A stretch of 64,000 bases of DNA. Origin: Eledone cirrhosa (Eukaryota). The position numbers and the translations under genes were made by a program. The stretch's first letter is position 1; the number at the start of each line of letters is the position of its first letter. The DNA is taken from the NCBI GenBank assembly GCA_964016885.1, contig OZ024756.1, forward strand, positions 2,294,001 through 2,358,000. The letters run 5' to 3'. Below, in pieces: positions 21,600 through 34,100 of this stretch. The notes beneath the pieces were generated by a model that saw nothing but the letters and a program-made list of their open reading frames with translations, was not told the DNA's origin and did no database searches.

Positions 21600-24330
21600 A
21601 TAATCGAAGAATTTGATGAAAGAGAAGCAAGCGGTTAAAATATATTTATAAGAAGCTCTTACACATGTTACGCCACATCCGGGTGTCTGTGTGTGTTTGT
21701 GTTCATTTATCTATTTGTTTATTTATTTATTTATTTATTGTTGGTTGGTTGTTTGTTCTATGTGTGTGTGTGTTTTCATTTTGTCCTTAATTGTAAGTTG
21801 TGATGTTGCTGTTCCACTCATATTTTCTATTTAATTTTGGTTGTAATTCTTTTATGCTTACTGCCTCTGTAATTTGCCTAAACATTGCATCTTTTCTGTG
21901 TGTGGATTCTATTTTTATTTCTATGTTCTCTAATCTAGCCCTGTGTTCTATCTTAGCATGTTGGTAGAGCACAGATGATTCTTTATTATCTTGAAGGTCT
22001 CGCCAGTGTTCATTTATTCGTTCCCCTATACTACGAGCTGTCTCACCTATGTACATTATATTTTTGTTTCTACATTGTCCTTCAGTACATCTTATGCTAT
22101 ACACTACATTTCTAGTTTTACAGTTAATATGGGGGCTTATTTTACAGGTTATACATTTCTTATCTATACATGAGGGTCTTTGGAACGGGTATGTCTTGCT
22201 AATAAGTGTTTTTACAGAGGTACCTGGTCTTTCTACTATCTTAATATTGAGTTTATGTTTATTTAGGGCCCTTCTAAATTTGTAGGCTAGTTCGCCTCTA
22301 GGGGTTGTATTGATGAACATTACACTCTGGTATTTATTGCTATCATACCATGAGTTTATTCTATTGGCCTTCTTTCTATTCTATTCCAAAATTTGCTCCT
22401 ATACAAGGGGCAGGTCCCATTTATGTCATTATTTACTATTTTTTCCCATTTGGTTCTGGCCCCTTTATACACTCTGATTCTATCTCTCTGATTGTAGCCA
22501 GAGAACTGCATACGGTGGATGAAGTGTTGTATGTGTCTCTCTAGTTCTTCGGGGTTGCACATGCGGGACACATTTCTCATCACCCGTACCAAATCCGCAA
22601 TCAGTATGTTGATTTTGGTATGGTCCGAAATGGCCGAGTTTCGGTGGATCAGATGTTTGGAAGTCATGGGTTTGGCATAATGGGAATGGAGGATTTGATT
22701 TTGGTTGTTAATGGTATCTAACCAGAGCTCTGTGTCTAGTACAGGTAATCGATGGTTGGGGTGTCTACTTGGGTAGTCTATAGTAACTCTAATGCTCTGG
22801 TGGATGGAGTTTGCTATTTGCTGGATGCTTTCCATTGTGTTTTTCTCTAGTTCCTGACTGTTCTTTAGTGGGGGTGTCTTAACTACGATGTTTATATCAT
22901 CTACGTAGCGGGAGTACATTATCAGGGTTAAGCTGTCTTCTAATTGTTCATTAAGTTTTTGTTTAAGTCTACTGTCCCACCATACCATGAATAAGTTAGC
23001 TATGTCGCCTGCAATGCTAAAACCAATGGATGCTCCTTCCTCTTGGGCATATGTTTTACCATTAAATTTGAACATATGTTCCTTAAGGGTTAATTTTATG
23101 CTGGCCCCTACCGCATGTGCAATCATTTTCTTCAGTTCATCGTGGTTTTCGGGTGTCCGTATGGCTCTGGTCCACCCGTTCCATCTATCTGTGTGGGTTT
23201 TCTTGGCCATTGAGGTAATGGTAGGTGGTCTGCCTCTTGCTGGTCTTGTAGGGCACAGGTTGCTAAGGTCATAAGTGTCTAGGTAACTATTACTATGGGT
23301 AAGCTTAAGTAGAAGTCCCAGCTCACTGGTATCAATCCCACGGAACTCAACCTTGCTCTCGCTGATCATTTCTACGCATTTCTCCACAGCAAAATCCACG
23401 TCAATAGATGGATACAGGGACACAACATCCATACTGCCTATTATGCAGTTTGTTAGGTCCCCAGATCGGTTACCCGCGCCGATTCTGCTGAGGAGGTCCT
23501 CCGTGCTGTCACATACATCTGGAGACATCTCAGTGATGGGGCGTATGATCAGGGAGAGGAAGTAGGGCAGTCTGTAGTTACTAGCAATGTTAGCTCCACA
23601 GACTGGCCGTGTTGGTGGTCCCGCGACAGGGTCCCAGCCCGTTTTATGGTCTTTTCGAAGCCCATACAACGCCGGCACGTCATTGTTCCAGGCCTGGAAG
23701 TTGTTGGCAGTCCTTTTGTTGGGCTGCATTATATTCGTCCACATCACCATATGGGCATTGAGGGCTGTTTCTCTATCCTCATGCTCCTGTGGTGTTACCT
23801 CTCTTGTGTTAGTGATGTGGGGTTGCATTGCCTGGATGTAGTTTGGCAGGCTGTCAACCGACATTCTGCCAGACTTGTCTGTTGGAAAGCATGCTATCTC
23901 TCCATTACGCGAGCGCTGCATGAGCTTACGCAAGCCATTTGCAGATTTTTCTCCCAGTTGCTGGGCCTCTATTCTATTATGCTTCTTGCTATACTGTTCT
24001 ATAATATTTCTAAGTTCGGATTTAGCTATACTAAATTGTGCTTCTGTTTGTTCATCGACCTGCGACGGCAACTGCGTGCGTTTGTTAAATGGCAAAGTCG
24101 TGGCGTGGACTCGTCGCAGGTCGAATGATTTATCGGAGGGATTATAAAACGGAGAGTTCCAGGCTGCTGCTTTATGTGTACTAGTGCTATTGTTATTGTT
24201 AGTTGTGTTGTTTCTATTTCTATTTCCACCAACAGCCTCATGGTTGTTTCTATGTCTCTCATAATTACTCCTGTCTCTTTCCACTGGCACAATGTTGTTA
24301 TCTACCCTATTTTGTGTGTCTGTGTGTTCG
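21600..24330 (-). mobile_element. Penelope-like retroelement (EN+), 5'-truncated
   Basis: RT and thumb followed by a Cys-rich linker and GIY-YIG endonuclease. Short 3' UTR, bounded by TA/CA microsatellites. Confidence 0.92.
21787..22365 (-). pseudogene. PLE linker + GIY-YIG endonuclease (frameshifted from the RT)
   Basis: SWYDSNKYQSVMFINTTPRGEL, CIDKKCITC...C, NVVYSIRC...C...MYIGETARSIGERINEH, RQITEAVSIKELQPKLN. Confidence 0.9.
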
Positions 24331-24374
24331 TCTTGGTTACACATACACATACACAAACACAGAGATATATACAT
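22356..24374 (-). CDS. Penelope-like reverse transcriptase (672-aa ORF; the listed start lies in a microsatellite and the ORF is cut by a frameshift)
   Basis: PTDKSGR, LYGLRKDHK, PTRPV, GSMDVVSLYPSI (motif A), QEEGASIGFSIAGDIANLFM (B'), YSRYVDDI (C, ~22896-22907), LPVLDTELW, HYAKPM...S...K thumb. Confidence 0.93.
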   Translation of the reverse strand: MYISLCLCMCMCNQDEHTDTQNRVDNNIVPVERDRSNYERHRNNHEAVGGNRNRNNTTNNNNSTSTHKAAAWNSPFYNPSDKSFDLRRVHATTLPFNKRTQLPSQVDEQTEAQFSIAKSELRNIIEQYSKKHNRIEAQQLGEKSANGLRKLMQRSRNGEIACFPTDKSGRMSVDSLPNYIQAMQPHITNTREVTPQEHEDRETALNAHMVMWTNIMQPNKRTANNFQAWNNDVPALYGLRKDHKTGWDPVAGPPTRPVCGANIASNYRLPYFLSLIIRPITEMSPDVCDSTEDLLSRIGAGNRSGDLTNCIIGSMDVVSLYPSIDVDFAVEKCVEMISESKVEFRGIDTSELGLLLKLTHSNSYLDTYDLSNLCPTRPARGRPPTITSMAKKTHTDRWNGWTRAIRTPENHDELKKMIAHAVGASIKLTLKEHMFKFNGKTYAQEEGASIGFSIAGDIANLFMVWWDSRLKQKLNEQLEDSLTLIMYSRYVDDINIVVKTPPLKNSQELEKNTMESIQQIANSIHQSIRVTIDYPSRHPNHRLPVLDTELWLDTINNQNQILHSHYAKPMTSKHLIHRNSAISDHTKINILIADLVRVMRNVSRMCNPEELERHIQHFIHRMQFSGYNQRDRIRVYKGARTKWEKIVNNDINGTCPLYRSKFWNRIERRPIE

Positions 24375-24459
24375 AGATATTTAAGGTCCAGATCCATCCT
24401 TCTAAATAACTCTGGTAAAACCTTGTTGGATGACAGGTCAGGCAAGGTTTGTTGGCTTT

Positions 24460-24535
24460 GAAGGCGTGTAGCTTAGTGGTTAGAGAACTAGATTTGCAAT
24501 CTTGAGGCTGCAAATACAATTCCCGGACTTGTGAC
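24460..24535 (+). mobile_element. Degenerate tRNA-derived SINE head related to the satellite-associated heads
   Basis: GAAGGCGTGTAGCTTAGTGGTTAG...CAATTCCCGGACT. The A box is intact, the B box has decayed, and no array follows. Confidence 0.5.
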
Positions 24536-25076
24536 CTATCCAGGGGGTGTATTGTATGCCGAGTCACTTAAAACCACATAAATAGAGAGAATCATCAACC
24601 TGATTATACTCCAAGCTAGAGGAAGACATTGGAGTTTACACAGTTTATTTCTCGTTGCTCTTTCTACCAGGAGTTTCGAATGGTAGATAGTATCAACAGT
24701 CCGACTTGACGAGTTCCACCTCGCTCGGTAAGTGAATGAGGGCTAGGATCTTGACGAATTGAAGCGCCAAAGGGCTCTGATCCTGCAGTCAAGTTACCCC
24801 AGATATAACCTATAGATTTTCTTGAATCCGCTTCTTTTATATTCCTATACCGAAGGTTGTAATGAAGAAATGGGTGTCCATTATGCCACGTGTACTCTAG
24901 TCTGGAAAAGAAGTCGTTTTCATGCTATTTGTGCAGATGGCAAATCTATGAAGAATCGTCATTATCCAAGCCATATTGACTCTGGAGTAGAGAGGAGTGC
25001 TTTATTTTGTTTAATTTAAAAATAGTGTTTATAAAGTGAAGTTTTAGATTTTATTTTACTCACTGGAGCCAACGTA

Positions 25077-25145
25077 GAGTTGTGTGACATAGTGGTAAAG
25101 GTGTTTGACTTGGAGTCATAATGTCTTAGGTTCGATTCTTGGAGT
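25077..25145 (+). mobile_element. tRNA-derived SINE head (Pol III A/B boxes) leading into the large 52-bp array
   Basis: A-box-like TGACATAGTGG (25085) and B-box GGTTCGATTCT (25129), immediately followed by the first satellite unit. Confidence 0.8.
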
Positions 25146-28100
25146 GGGTTACGTGTTGTGTTCTTCAGCATAACACTTCATTTCACGTTGCTGAACTGGG
25201 TTATGTGTTGTGTTCTTGAGCAGGACACTTCATCTCACGTTGCTGGACTGGGTTATATGTTGTGTTCTTGAGCAATACACTTCATCTCAAGTTGCTGGAC
25301 TGGGTTATGTGTTGTGTTCTTGAGCAATACACTTCATCTCACGTTGCTGGACTGGGTTATGTGTTGTGTTCTTGAGCAATACACTTCATCTCACGTTGCT
25401 GGACTGGGATATGTGTTGTGTTCTTGAACAAGACACTTCATTTCACGTTGCTGGACTGGGTTATGTGTTGTGTTCTTGAGCAAGACACTTCAACTCACGT
25501 TGCTGGACTGGGTTATGTGTTATGTTCTTGAGCAATACACTTCATCTAACATTGCTGGACTGGGTTATGTGTTGTGTTCTTGAGCAATACACTTCATCTC
25601 ACGTTGCTGGACAGGGTTATGTGTTGTGTTCTTGAGCAAAACACTTCATCTCACGTTGCTGGACTGGGTTATGTGTTGTGTTCTTGAGCAATACACTTCA
25701 TCTCACGTTCCTTGACTGGGTTATGTGTTGTGTTCTTGAGCAAGACACTTCATCTCACGTTGCTGGACTGGTTTATGTGTTGTGTTCTTGAGCAAGACAC
25801 TTCAACTCACGTTGCTGGGCTGGGTTATGTGTTGTATTCTTGAGCAATACACTTCATCTCAAGTTGCTGGACTGGGTTATGTGTTGTGTTCTTGAGCAAA
25901 ATACTTCATCTCACGTTGCTGGACTGGGTTATGTGTTGTGTTCTTGAGCAAAACACTTCATCTCACGTTGCTGGACTGGGTTATGTGTTGTGTTCTTGAG
26001 CAATACACTTCATCTCACGTTACTTGACTGGGTTATGTGTTGTGTTCTTGAGCAAGACACATCATCTCACGTTGCTGGACTGAGTTATGTGTTGTGTTCT
26101 TGAGCAAGAAACTTCAACTCACGTTGCTGGGCTGGGTTATGTGTTGTGTTCTTGAGCAAGACACTTCAACTCACGTTGCTGGGCTGGGTTATGTGTTGTG
26201 TTCTTGAGCAAGACACTTCAACTCACGTTGCTGGACTGGGTTATGTGTTGTGTTCTTGAGCAAAACACTTCAACTCACGTTGCTGGACTGGGTTATGTGT
26301 TGTGTTCTTGAGCAAAACACTTCATCTCACGTTGCTGGACTGGGATATGTGTTGTGTTCTTGAACAATACACTTCAACCCACGTTGCTAGACTGGGTTAT
26401 GTGTTGTGTTCTTGAGCAAAACACTTCATCTCACGTTGCTGGACTGGGTTATGTGTTGTGTCCTTGAGCAAGACACTTCATCTCACGTTGCTGGACTGGG
26501 TTGTGTTGTGTCTTGAGCAATACACCTCATCTCACGTTGCTGGACTGGGTTATGTGTTGTGTTCTTGAGCAATACACTTCATCTCACATTACTGGACTGG
26601 GTTATGTGTTGTGTTCTTGAGCAAAACACTTCATCTCACGTTGCTGGACTGGGTTATGTGTTGTGTTCTTGAGCAAAACACTTCATCTCACGTTGCTGGA
26701 CTGGGTTGTGTGTTGTGTTCTTGAGCAAGACACTTCAACTCACGTTGCTGGACTGGGTTATGTGTTGTGTTCTTGAGCAATACACTTCATCTAACATTGC
26801 TGGACTGGGTTATGTGTTGTGTTCTTGAGCAATACACTTCATCTCACGTTGCTGGACTGGGTTATGTGTTGTGTTCTTGAGCAAAACACTTCATCTCACG
26901 TTGCTGGACTGGGTTGTGTGTTGTGTTCTTGAGCAATACACTTCATCTCACGTTGCTGGACTGGTTTAAGTGTTGTGTTCTTGAGCAAGACACTTCAACT
27001 CACGTTGCTGGGCTGGGTTATGTGTTGTGTTCTTGAGCAAGACACTTCAACTCACGTTGCTGGACTGGGTTATGTGTTGTGTTCTTGAGAAAAACACTTC
27101 AACTCATGTTGCTGGACTGGGTTATGTGTTGTGTTCTTGAGCAAAACACTTCATCTCACGTTGCTGGACTGGGATATGTGTTGTGTTCTTGAACAATACA
27201 CTTCAACTCACGTTGCTGGACTGGGTTATGTGTTGTGTTCTTGAGCAAAACACTTCATCTCACGTTGCTGGACTGGGTTATGTGTTGTGTCCTTGAGCAA
27301 AACACTTCAACTCACGTTGCTGGGCTGGGTTATATGTTGTGTTCTTGAGCAAGACACTTCATCTCATGTTGCTGGATTGGGTTATGTGTTGTGTTCTTGA
27401 GCAAAACACTTCATCTTACGTTGCTGGACTGGGTTATGTGTTGTGTTCTTGAGCAAGACACTTCATTTCACGTTGCTGGACTGGGTTATGTGTTGTGTTC
27501 TTGAGCAAAACACTTCATCTCACTTTGCTGGACTGCGTTATGTGTTGTGTTCTTGAGCAAAACACTTCATCTCACCTTGCTGGACTGGGTTATGTGTTGT
27601 GTTCTCTAGCAAAACACTTCATCTCACGTTGCTGGGCTGGGTTATATGTTGTGTTCTTGAGCAATACACTTCATCTCAAGTTGCTGGACTGTGTTATGTG
27701 TTGTGTTCTTGAGCAATACACTTCATCTCACGTTGCTGGACTGGGTTATGTGTTGTGTTCTTGATCAAAACACTTCATCTCACGTGGCTGGACTGGGTTA
27801 TGTTTTGTGTTCTTGAGCAAGACACTTCATTTCACGTTGCTGGACTGGGTTATGTTTTGTGTTCTTGAGCAAGACACTTCATTTCACGTTGCTGGACTGG
27901 GTTATGTTTTGTGTTCTTGAGCAAAACACTTCATCTCACTTTGCTGGACTGCGTTATGTGTTGTGTTCTTGAGCAAAACACTGTATCTCACGTTGCTGGA
28001 CTGGGTTATGTGTTGTGTTCTTGAGCAATACACTTCATCTCACGTTGCTGGACTGGGTTATGTGTTGTGTTCTTGAGCAAGACACTTCATTTCACGTTGC

Positions 28101-31100
28101 TGGACTGGGTTATGTTTTGTGTTCTTGTGCAAGACACTTCATTTCACGTTGCTGGACTGGGTTATGTGTTGTGTTCTTGAGCAAAACACTTCATCTCACT
28201 TTGCTGGACTGCGTTATGTGTTGAGTTCTTGAGCAAGACACTGCAACTCACGTTGCTGGACTGGGTTATGTGATGTTTTCTTGAGCAATACACTTCATCT
28301 CACGTTGCTGGACTGGGTTATGTGTTGTGTTCTTGAGCAAAACACTTCATCTCACGTTGCTGGACTGGGTTATGTGTTGTGTTCTCTAGCAAAACACTTC
28401 ATCTCACGTTGCTGGACTGGGTTATATGTTGTGTTCTTGAGCAATACACTTCATCTCAAGTTGCTGGACTGGGTTATGTGTTGTGTTCTTGAGCAATACA
28501 GTTCATCTCACGTTGCTGGACAGCGTTATGTGTTGTGTTCTTGAGCAATACACTTCATCTCACGTTGCTGGACTGGGATATGTGTTGTGTTCTTGAACAA
28601 GACACTTCATTTCACGTTGCTGGACTGGGTTATGTGTTGTGTTCTTGAGCAAGACACTTCAACTCACGTTGCTGGACTGGGTTATGTGTTGTGTTCTTAA
28701 GCAATACACTTCATCTAACATTGCTGGACTGGGTTATGTGTTGTGTTCTTGAGCAATACACTTCATCTCACGTTGCTGGACTGGGTTATGCGTTGTGTTC
28801 TTGAGCAAAACACTTCATCTCACGTTGCTGGACTGGATTATGTGTTGTGTTCTTGAGCAATACACTTCATCTCACGTTGCTTGACTGGGTTATGTGTTGT
28901 GTTCTTGAGCAAGACACTTCATCTCACGTTGCTGGACTGGTTTATGTGTTGTGTTCTTGAGCAAGACACTTCAACTCACGATGCTGGGCTGGGTTATGTG
29001 TTGTGTTCTTGAGCAAAACACTTCATCTCACGTTGCTGGACTGGGATATGTGTTGAGTTCTTGAACAAGTCACTTCATCTGACGTTGCTGGACTGGGTTA
29101 TGTGTTGTGTTCTTGAGCTAGACACTTCATCTGACGTTGCTGGACTTGGTTATGTGTTGTGTTCTTGAGCAAGACACTTCATCTGACGTTGCTGCACTGG
29201 GTTATGTGTTGTGTTCTTGAGCAAAACACTACATCTCAGGTTGCTGGACTCGGATATGTGATGTGTTCTTGAGCAAGACACTTCATCTGACGTTGTTGGA
29301 CTGGGTTATGTGTTGTGTTCTTGATCAAAACACTTCATCTCACGTTGCTGGACTGGATTATGTGTTGTGTTCTTCAGCAAGACACTTCATCTCACGTTGC
29401 TGGACTGGGTTATGTGTTGTGTCCTTGAGCAAGACACTTCATCTGACATTGCTGGACTGGGTTATGTGTTGTGTTCTTGAGCAATACACTTCATCTAACA
29501 TTGCTGGACAGGGTTATGTGTTGTGTTCTTGAGCAATACACTTCATCTCACGTTGCTGGACTGGGTTATGTGTTATGTTCTTGAGCAAAACACTTCATCT
29601 CACGTTGCTGGACTGGGTTATGTGTTGTGTTCTTGAGCAATACACTTCATCTCACGTTGCTTGACTGGGTTATGTGTTGTGTTCTTGAGCAAGACACTTC
29701 ATCTCACGTTGCTGGACTGGTTTATGTGTTGTGTTGTTGAGCAAGACACTTCAACTCACGTTGCTGGGCTGGGTTATGTGTTGTGTTCTTGAGCAAGACA
29801 CTTCAACTCACATTGCTGGACTGGGTTATGTGTTGTGTTCTTGAGCAAAACACTTCAACTCACGTTGCTGGGCTGGGTTATGTGTTGAGTTCTTGAGCAA
29901 GACACTGCAACTCACGTTGCTGGACTGGGTTATGTGATGTTTTCTTGAGCAATACACTTCATCTCACGTTGCTGGACTGGGTTATGTGTTGTGTTCTTGA
30001 GCAAAACACTTCATCTCACGTTGCTGGACTGGGTTATGTGTTGTGTTCTCTAGCAAAACACTTCATCTCACGTTGCTGGACTGGGTTATATGTTGTGTTC
30101 TTGAGCAATACACTTCATCTCAAGTTGCTGGACTGGGTTATGTGTTGTGTTCTTGAGCAATACAGTTCATCTCACGTTGCTGGACAGCGTTATGTGTTGT
30201 GTTCTTGAGCAATACACTTCATCTCACGTTGCTGGACTGGGATATGTGTTGTGTTCTTGAACAAGACACTTCATTTCACGTTGCTGGACTGGGTTATGTG
30301 TTGTGTTCTTGAGCAAGACACTTCAACTCACGTTGCTGGACTGGGTTATGTGTTGTGTTCTTAAGCAATACACTTCATCTAACATTGCTGGACTGGGTTA
30401 TGTGTTGTGTTCTTGAGCAATACACTTCATCTCACGTTGCTGGACTGGGTTATGTGTTGTGTTCTTGAGCAAAACACTTCATCTCACGTTGCTGGACTGG
30501 ATTATGTGTTGTGTTCTTGAGCAATACACTTCATCTCACGTTGCTTGACTGGGTTATGTGTTGTGTTCTTGAGCAAGACACTTCATCTCACGTTGCTGGA
30601 CTGGTTTATGTGTTGTGTTCTTGAGCAAGACACTTCAACTCACGATGCTGGGCTGGATTATGTGTTGTGTTCTTGAGCAAAACACTTCATCTCACGTTGC
30701 TGGACTGGGATATGTGTTGAGTTCTTGAACAAGTCACTTCATCTGACGTTTTTGGACTGGGTTATGTGTTGTGTTCTTGAGCTAGACACTTCATCTGACG
30801 TTGCTGGACTTGGTTATGTGTTGTGTTCTTGAGCAAGACACTTCATCTGACGTTGCTGCACTGGGTTATGTGTTGTGTTCTTGAGCAAAACACTACATCT
30901 CAGGTTGCTGGACTCGGATATGTGATGTGTTCTTGAGCAAGACACTTCATCTGACGTTGTTGGACTGGGTTATGTGTTGTGTTCTTGATCAAAACACTTC
31001 ATCTCACGTTGCTGGACTGGATTATGTGTTGTGTTCTTCAGCAAGACACTTCATCTCACGTTGCTGGACTGGGTTACGTGTTGTGTCCTTGAGCAAGACA

Positions 31101-34100
31101 CTTCATCTGACATTGCTGGACTGGGTTATGTGTTGTGTTCTTGAGCAATACACTTCATCTAACATTGCTGGACAGGGTTATGTGTTGTGTTCTTGAGCAA
31201 TACACTTCATCTCACGTTGCTGGACTGGGTTATGTGTTATGTTCCTGAGCAAAACACTTCATCTCACGTTGCTGGACTGGGTTATGTGTTGTGTTCTTGA
31301 GCAATACACTTCATCTCACGTTGCTTGACTGGGTTATGTGTTGTGTTCTTGAGCAAGACACTTCATCTCACGTTGCTGGACTGGTTTATGTGTTGTGTTG
31401 TTGAGCAAGACACTTCAACTCACGTTGCTGGGCTGGGTTATGTGTTGTGTTCTTGAGCAAGACACTTCAACTCACAGTGCTGGACTGGGTTATGTGTTGT
31501 GTTCTTGAGCAAAACACTTCAACTCACGTTGCTGGGCTGGGTTATGTGTTGTGTTCTTGAGCAATACACTTCAACTCACTTTGCCGGACTGGGTTATGTG
31601 TTGTGTTCTTGAGCAAAACACTTAATCTCACGTTGCTGGACTGGGATATGTGTTGTGTTCTTGAGCAAGTCACTTCATCTGACGTTGCTGGACTGGGTTA
31701 TGTGTTGTGTTCTTGAGCAAGACACTTCATCTGACGTTGCTGCACTGGGTCATGTGTTGTGTTCTTGATCAAAACACTTCATCTGACGTTGCTGGACTGG
31801 GTTATGTGTTGTGTTCTTGAGCAAAACACTTCATCTCAGGTTGCTGGACTCGGATATGTGTTGTGTTCATGAGCAAGACACTTCATCTGACGTTGCTGGA
31901 CTGGGTTATGTGTTGTGTTCTTGATCAAAACACTTCATCTCACGTTGCTGGAATGGATTATGTGTTGTGTTCTTGAGCAAGACACTTCATCTCACGTTGC
32001 TGGACTGGGTTATGTGTTGTGTCCTTGAGCAAGACACTTCATCTGACATTGCTGGACTGGGTTATGTGTTGTGTTCTTGATCAAAACACTTCATCTCACG
32101 TTGCTGGACTGGATTATGTGTTGGGTTCTTGAGCAAGACACTTCATCTCACGTTGCTGGGCTGGGTTATATGTTGTGTTCTTGAGCAGGACACTTTATCT
32201 CACATAACTGGACTGGGTTATGCGTTGTGTTCTTGAAAAAGTCACTTCAACTGACGTTGCTGGGCTGGGTTATATGTTGTGTTCTTGAGCAAAACACTTT
32301 AACTCACGTTGCTGGTCTGGGATATATGTTGTGATCTTGAGCAAGACACTTCATCTCACGTTGCTGGACTGAGTTATGTGTTGTGTTCTTGAGCAAGACA
32401 CTTCAACCCACGTTGCTGGGCTGGGTTATGTGTTGTGTTCTTGAGCAAGACACTTCAACTCACGTTGCTGGACTGGGTTATGTGTTGTGTTCTTGAGAAA
32501 AACACTTCATCTCACGTTGCTGGACTGGGTTATGTGTTGTGTTTTTGAGCAGGACACTTCATCTCACGTTGCTGGATTGGGTTACGTGTTGTGTTCTTGA
32601 GCAAAACACTTCATCTCACATTACTGGACTGGGATATGTGTTGTGTTCTTGAGCAAAACACTTCATCTCACATTACTGGACTGGGTAATGTGTTGTGTTC
32701 TTGAGAAAAACACTTCATCTCACGTTGCTGGACTGGGTTATGTGTTGTGTTTTTGAGCAGGACACTTCATCTCACGTTGCTGGACTGGGTTATGTGTTGT
32801 GTTCTTGAGTAAAACACATCATCTCACGTTGCTGGACTGGGTTATGTGATGTTTTCTTGAGCAATACACTTCATCTCACGTTGTTGGACTGGGTTGTGTT
32901 GTGTTCTTGAGCAAGACACTTCAACTCACGTTTCTTGGCTGGGTTATGTGTTGAGTTCTTGAGCAAAACACTTCAACACACGTTGCTGGGCTGTATTATA
33001 TGTTGTCTTCTTGATCAAAACACTTCATCTCACGTTGCTGGACTGGGTTATGTGTTGTGTTCTTGAGCAAAACACTTCATCTCACGTTGCTGGACTGGGA
33101 TATGTGTTGAGTTCTTGAACAAGTCACTTCATCTGACGTTTTTGGACTGGGTTATGTGTTGTGTTCTTGAGCTAGACACTTCATCTGACGTTGCTGGACT
33201 TGGTTATGTGTTGTGTTCTTGAGCAAGACACTTCATCTGACGTTGCTGCACTGGGTTATGTGTTGTGTTCTTGAGCAAAACACTACATCTCAGGTTGCTG
33301 GACTCGGATATGTGATGTGTTCTTGAGCAAGACACTTCATCTGACGTTGTTGGACTGGGTTATGTGTTGTGTTCTTGATCAAAACACTTCATCTCACGTT
33401 GCTGGACTGGATTATGTGTTGTGTTCTTCAGCAAGACACTTCAGCTCACGTTGCTGGACTGGGTTATGTGTTGTGTCCTTGAGCAAGACACTTCATCTGA
33501 CATTGCTGGACTGGGTTATGTGTTGTGTTCTTGAGCAATACACTTCATCTAACATTGCTGGACAGGGTTATGTGTTGTGTTCTTGAGCAATACACTTCAT
33601 CTCACGTTGCTGGACTGGGTTATGTGTTATGTTCTTGAGCAAAACACTTCATCTCACGTTGCTGGACTGGGTTATGTGTTGTGTTCTTGAGCAATACACT
33701 TCATCTCACGTTGCTTGACTGGGTTATGTGTTGTGTTCTTGAGCAAGACACTTCATCTCACGTTGCTGGACTGGTTTATGTGTTGTGTTGTTGAGCAAGA
33801 CACTTCAACTGACGTTGCTGGGCTGGGTTATGTGTTGTGTTCTTGAGCAAGACACTTCAACTCACATTGCTGGACTGGGTTATGTGTTGTGTTCTTGAGC
33901 AAAACACTTCAACTCACGTTGCTGGGCTGGGTTATGTGTTGTGTTCTTGAGCAAGACACTTCAACTCACTTTGCTGGACTGGGTTATGTGTTGTGTTCTT
34001 GAGCAAAACACTTAATCTCACGTTGCTGGACTGGGATATGTGTTGTGTTCTTGAGCAAGTCACTTCATCTGACGTTGCTGGACTGGGTTATGTGTTGTGT

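Noticed and set aside
21655-21685. GGC-GTAAC-ATGT-GTA-AGAG in the long PLE 3' UTR (minus strand) as a half hammerhead
   Set aside because: The core is mutated and there is no CUGANGA half. Too weak to call.
22356-24374. Telomerase RT, or selenocysteine readthrough linking RT and endonuclease
   Set aside because: The motifs and C-terminal GIY-YIG indicate a PLE. The break is a TAA plus a frame change, not an in-frame TGA.
24775-24830. Possible Tc1/mariner SPDxxPxDF-like remnant
   Set aside because: It needs frameshifts to read, and there are no TIRs or other motifs.
25077-25145. tRNA gene
   Set aside because: A and B boxes are present but there is no convincing cloverleaf or terminator. It continues into SINE/satellite sequence.
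21600-25200. Functional coupling of the RT with the adjacent satellite (RT plus template array)
   Set aside because: There is no shared sequence between the PLE and the 52-mer, unrelated DNA lies between them, and PLE pieces are common here, so adjacency is uninformative.
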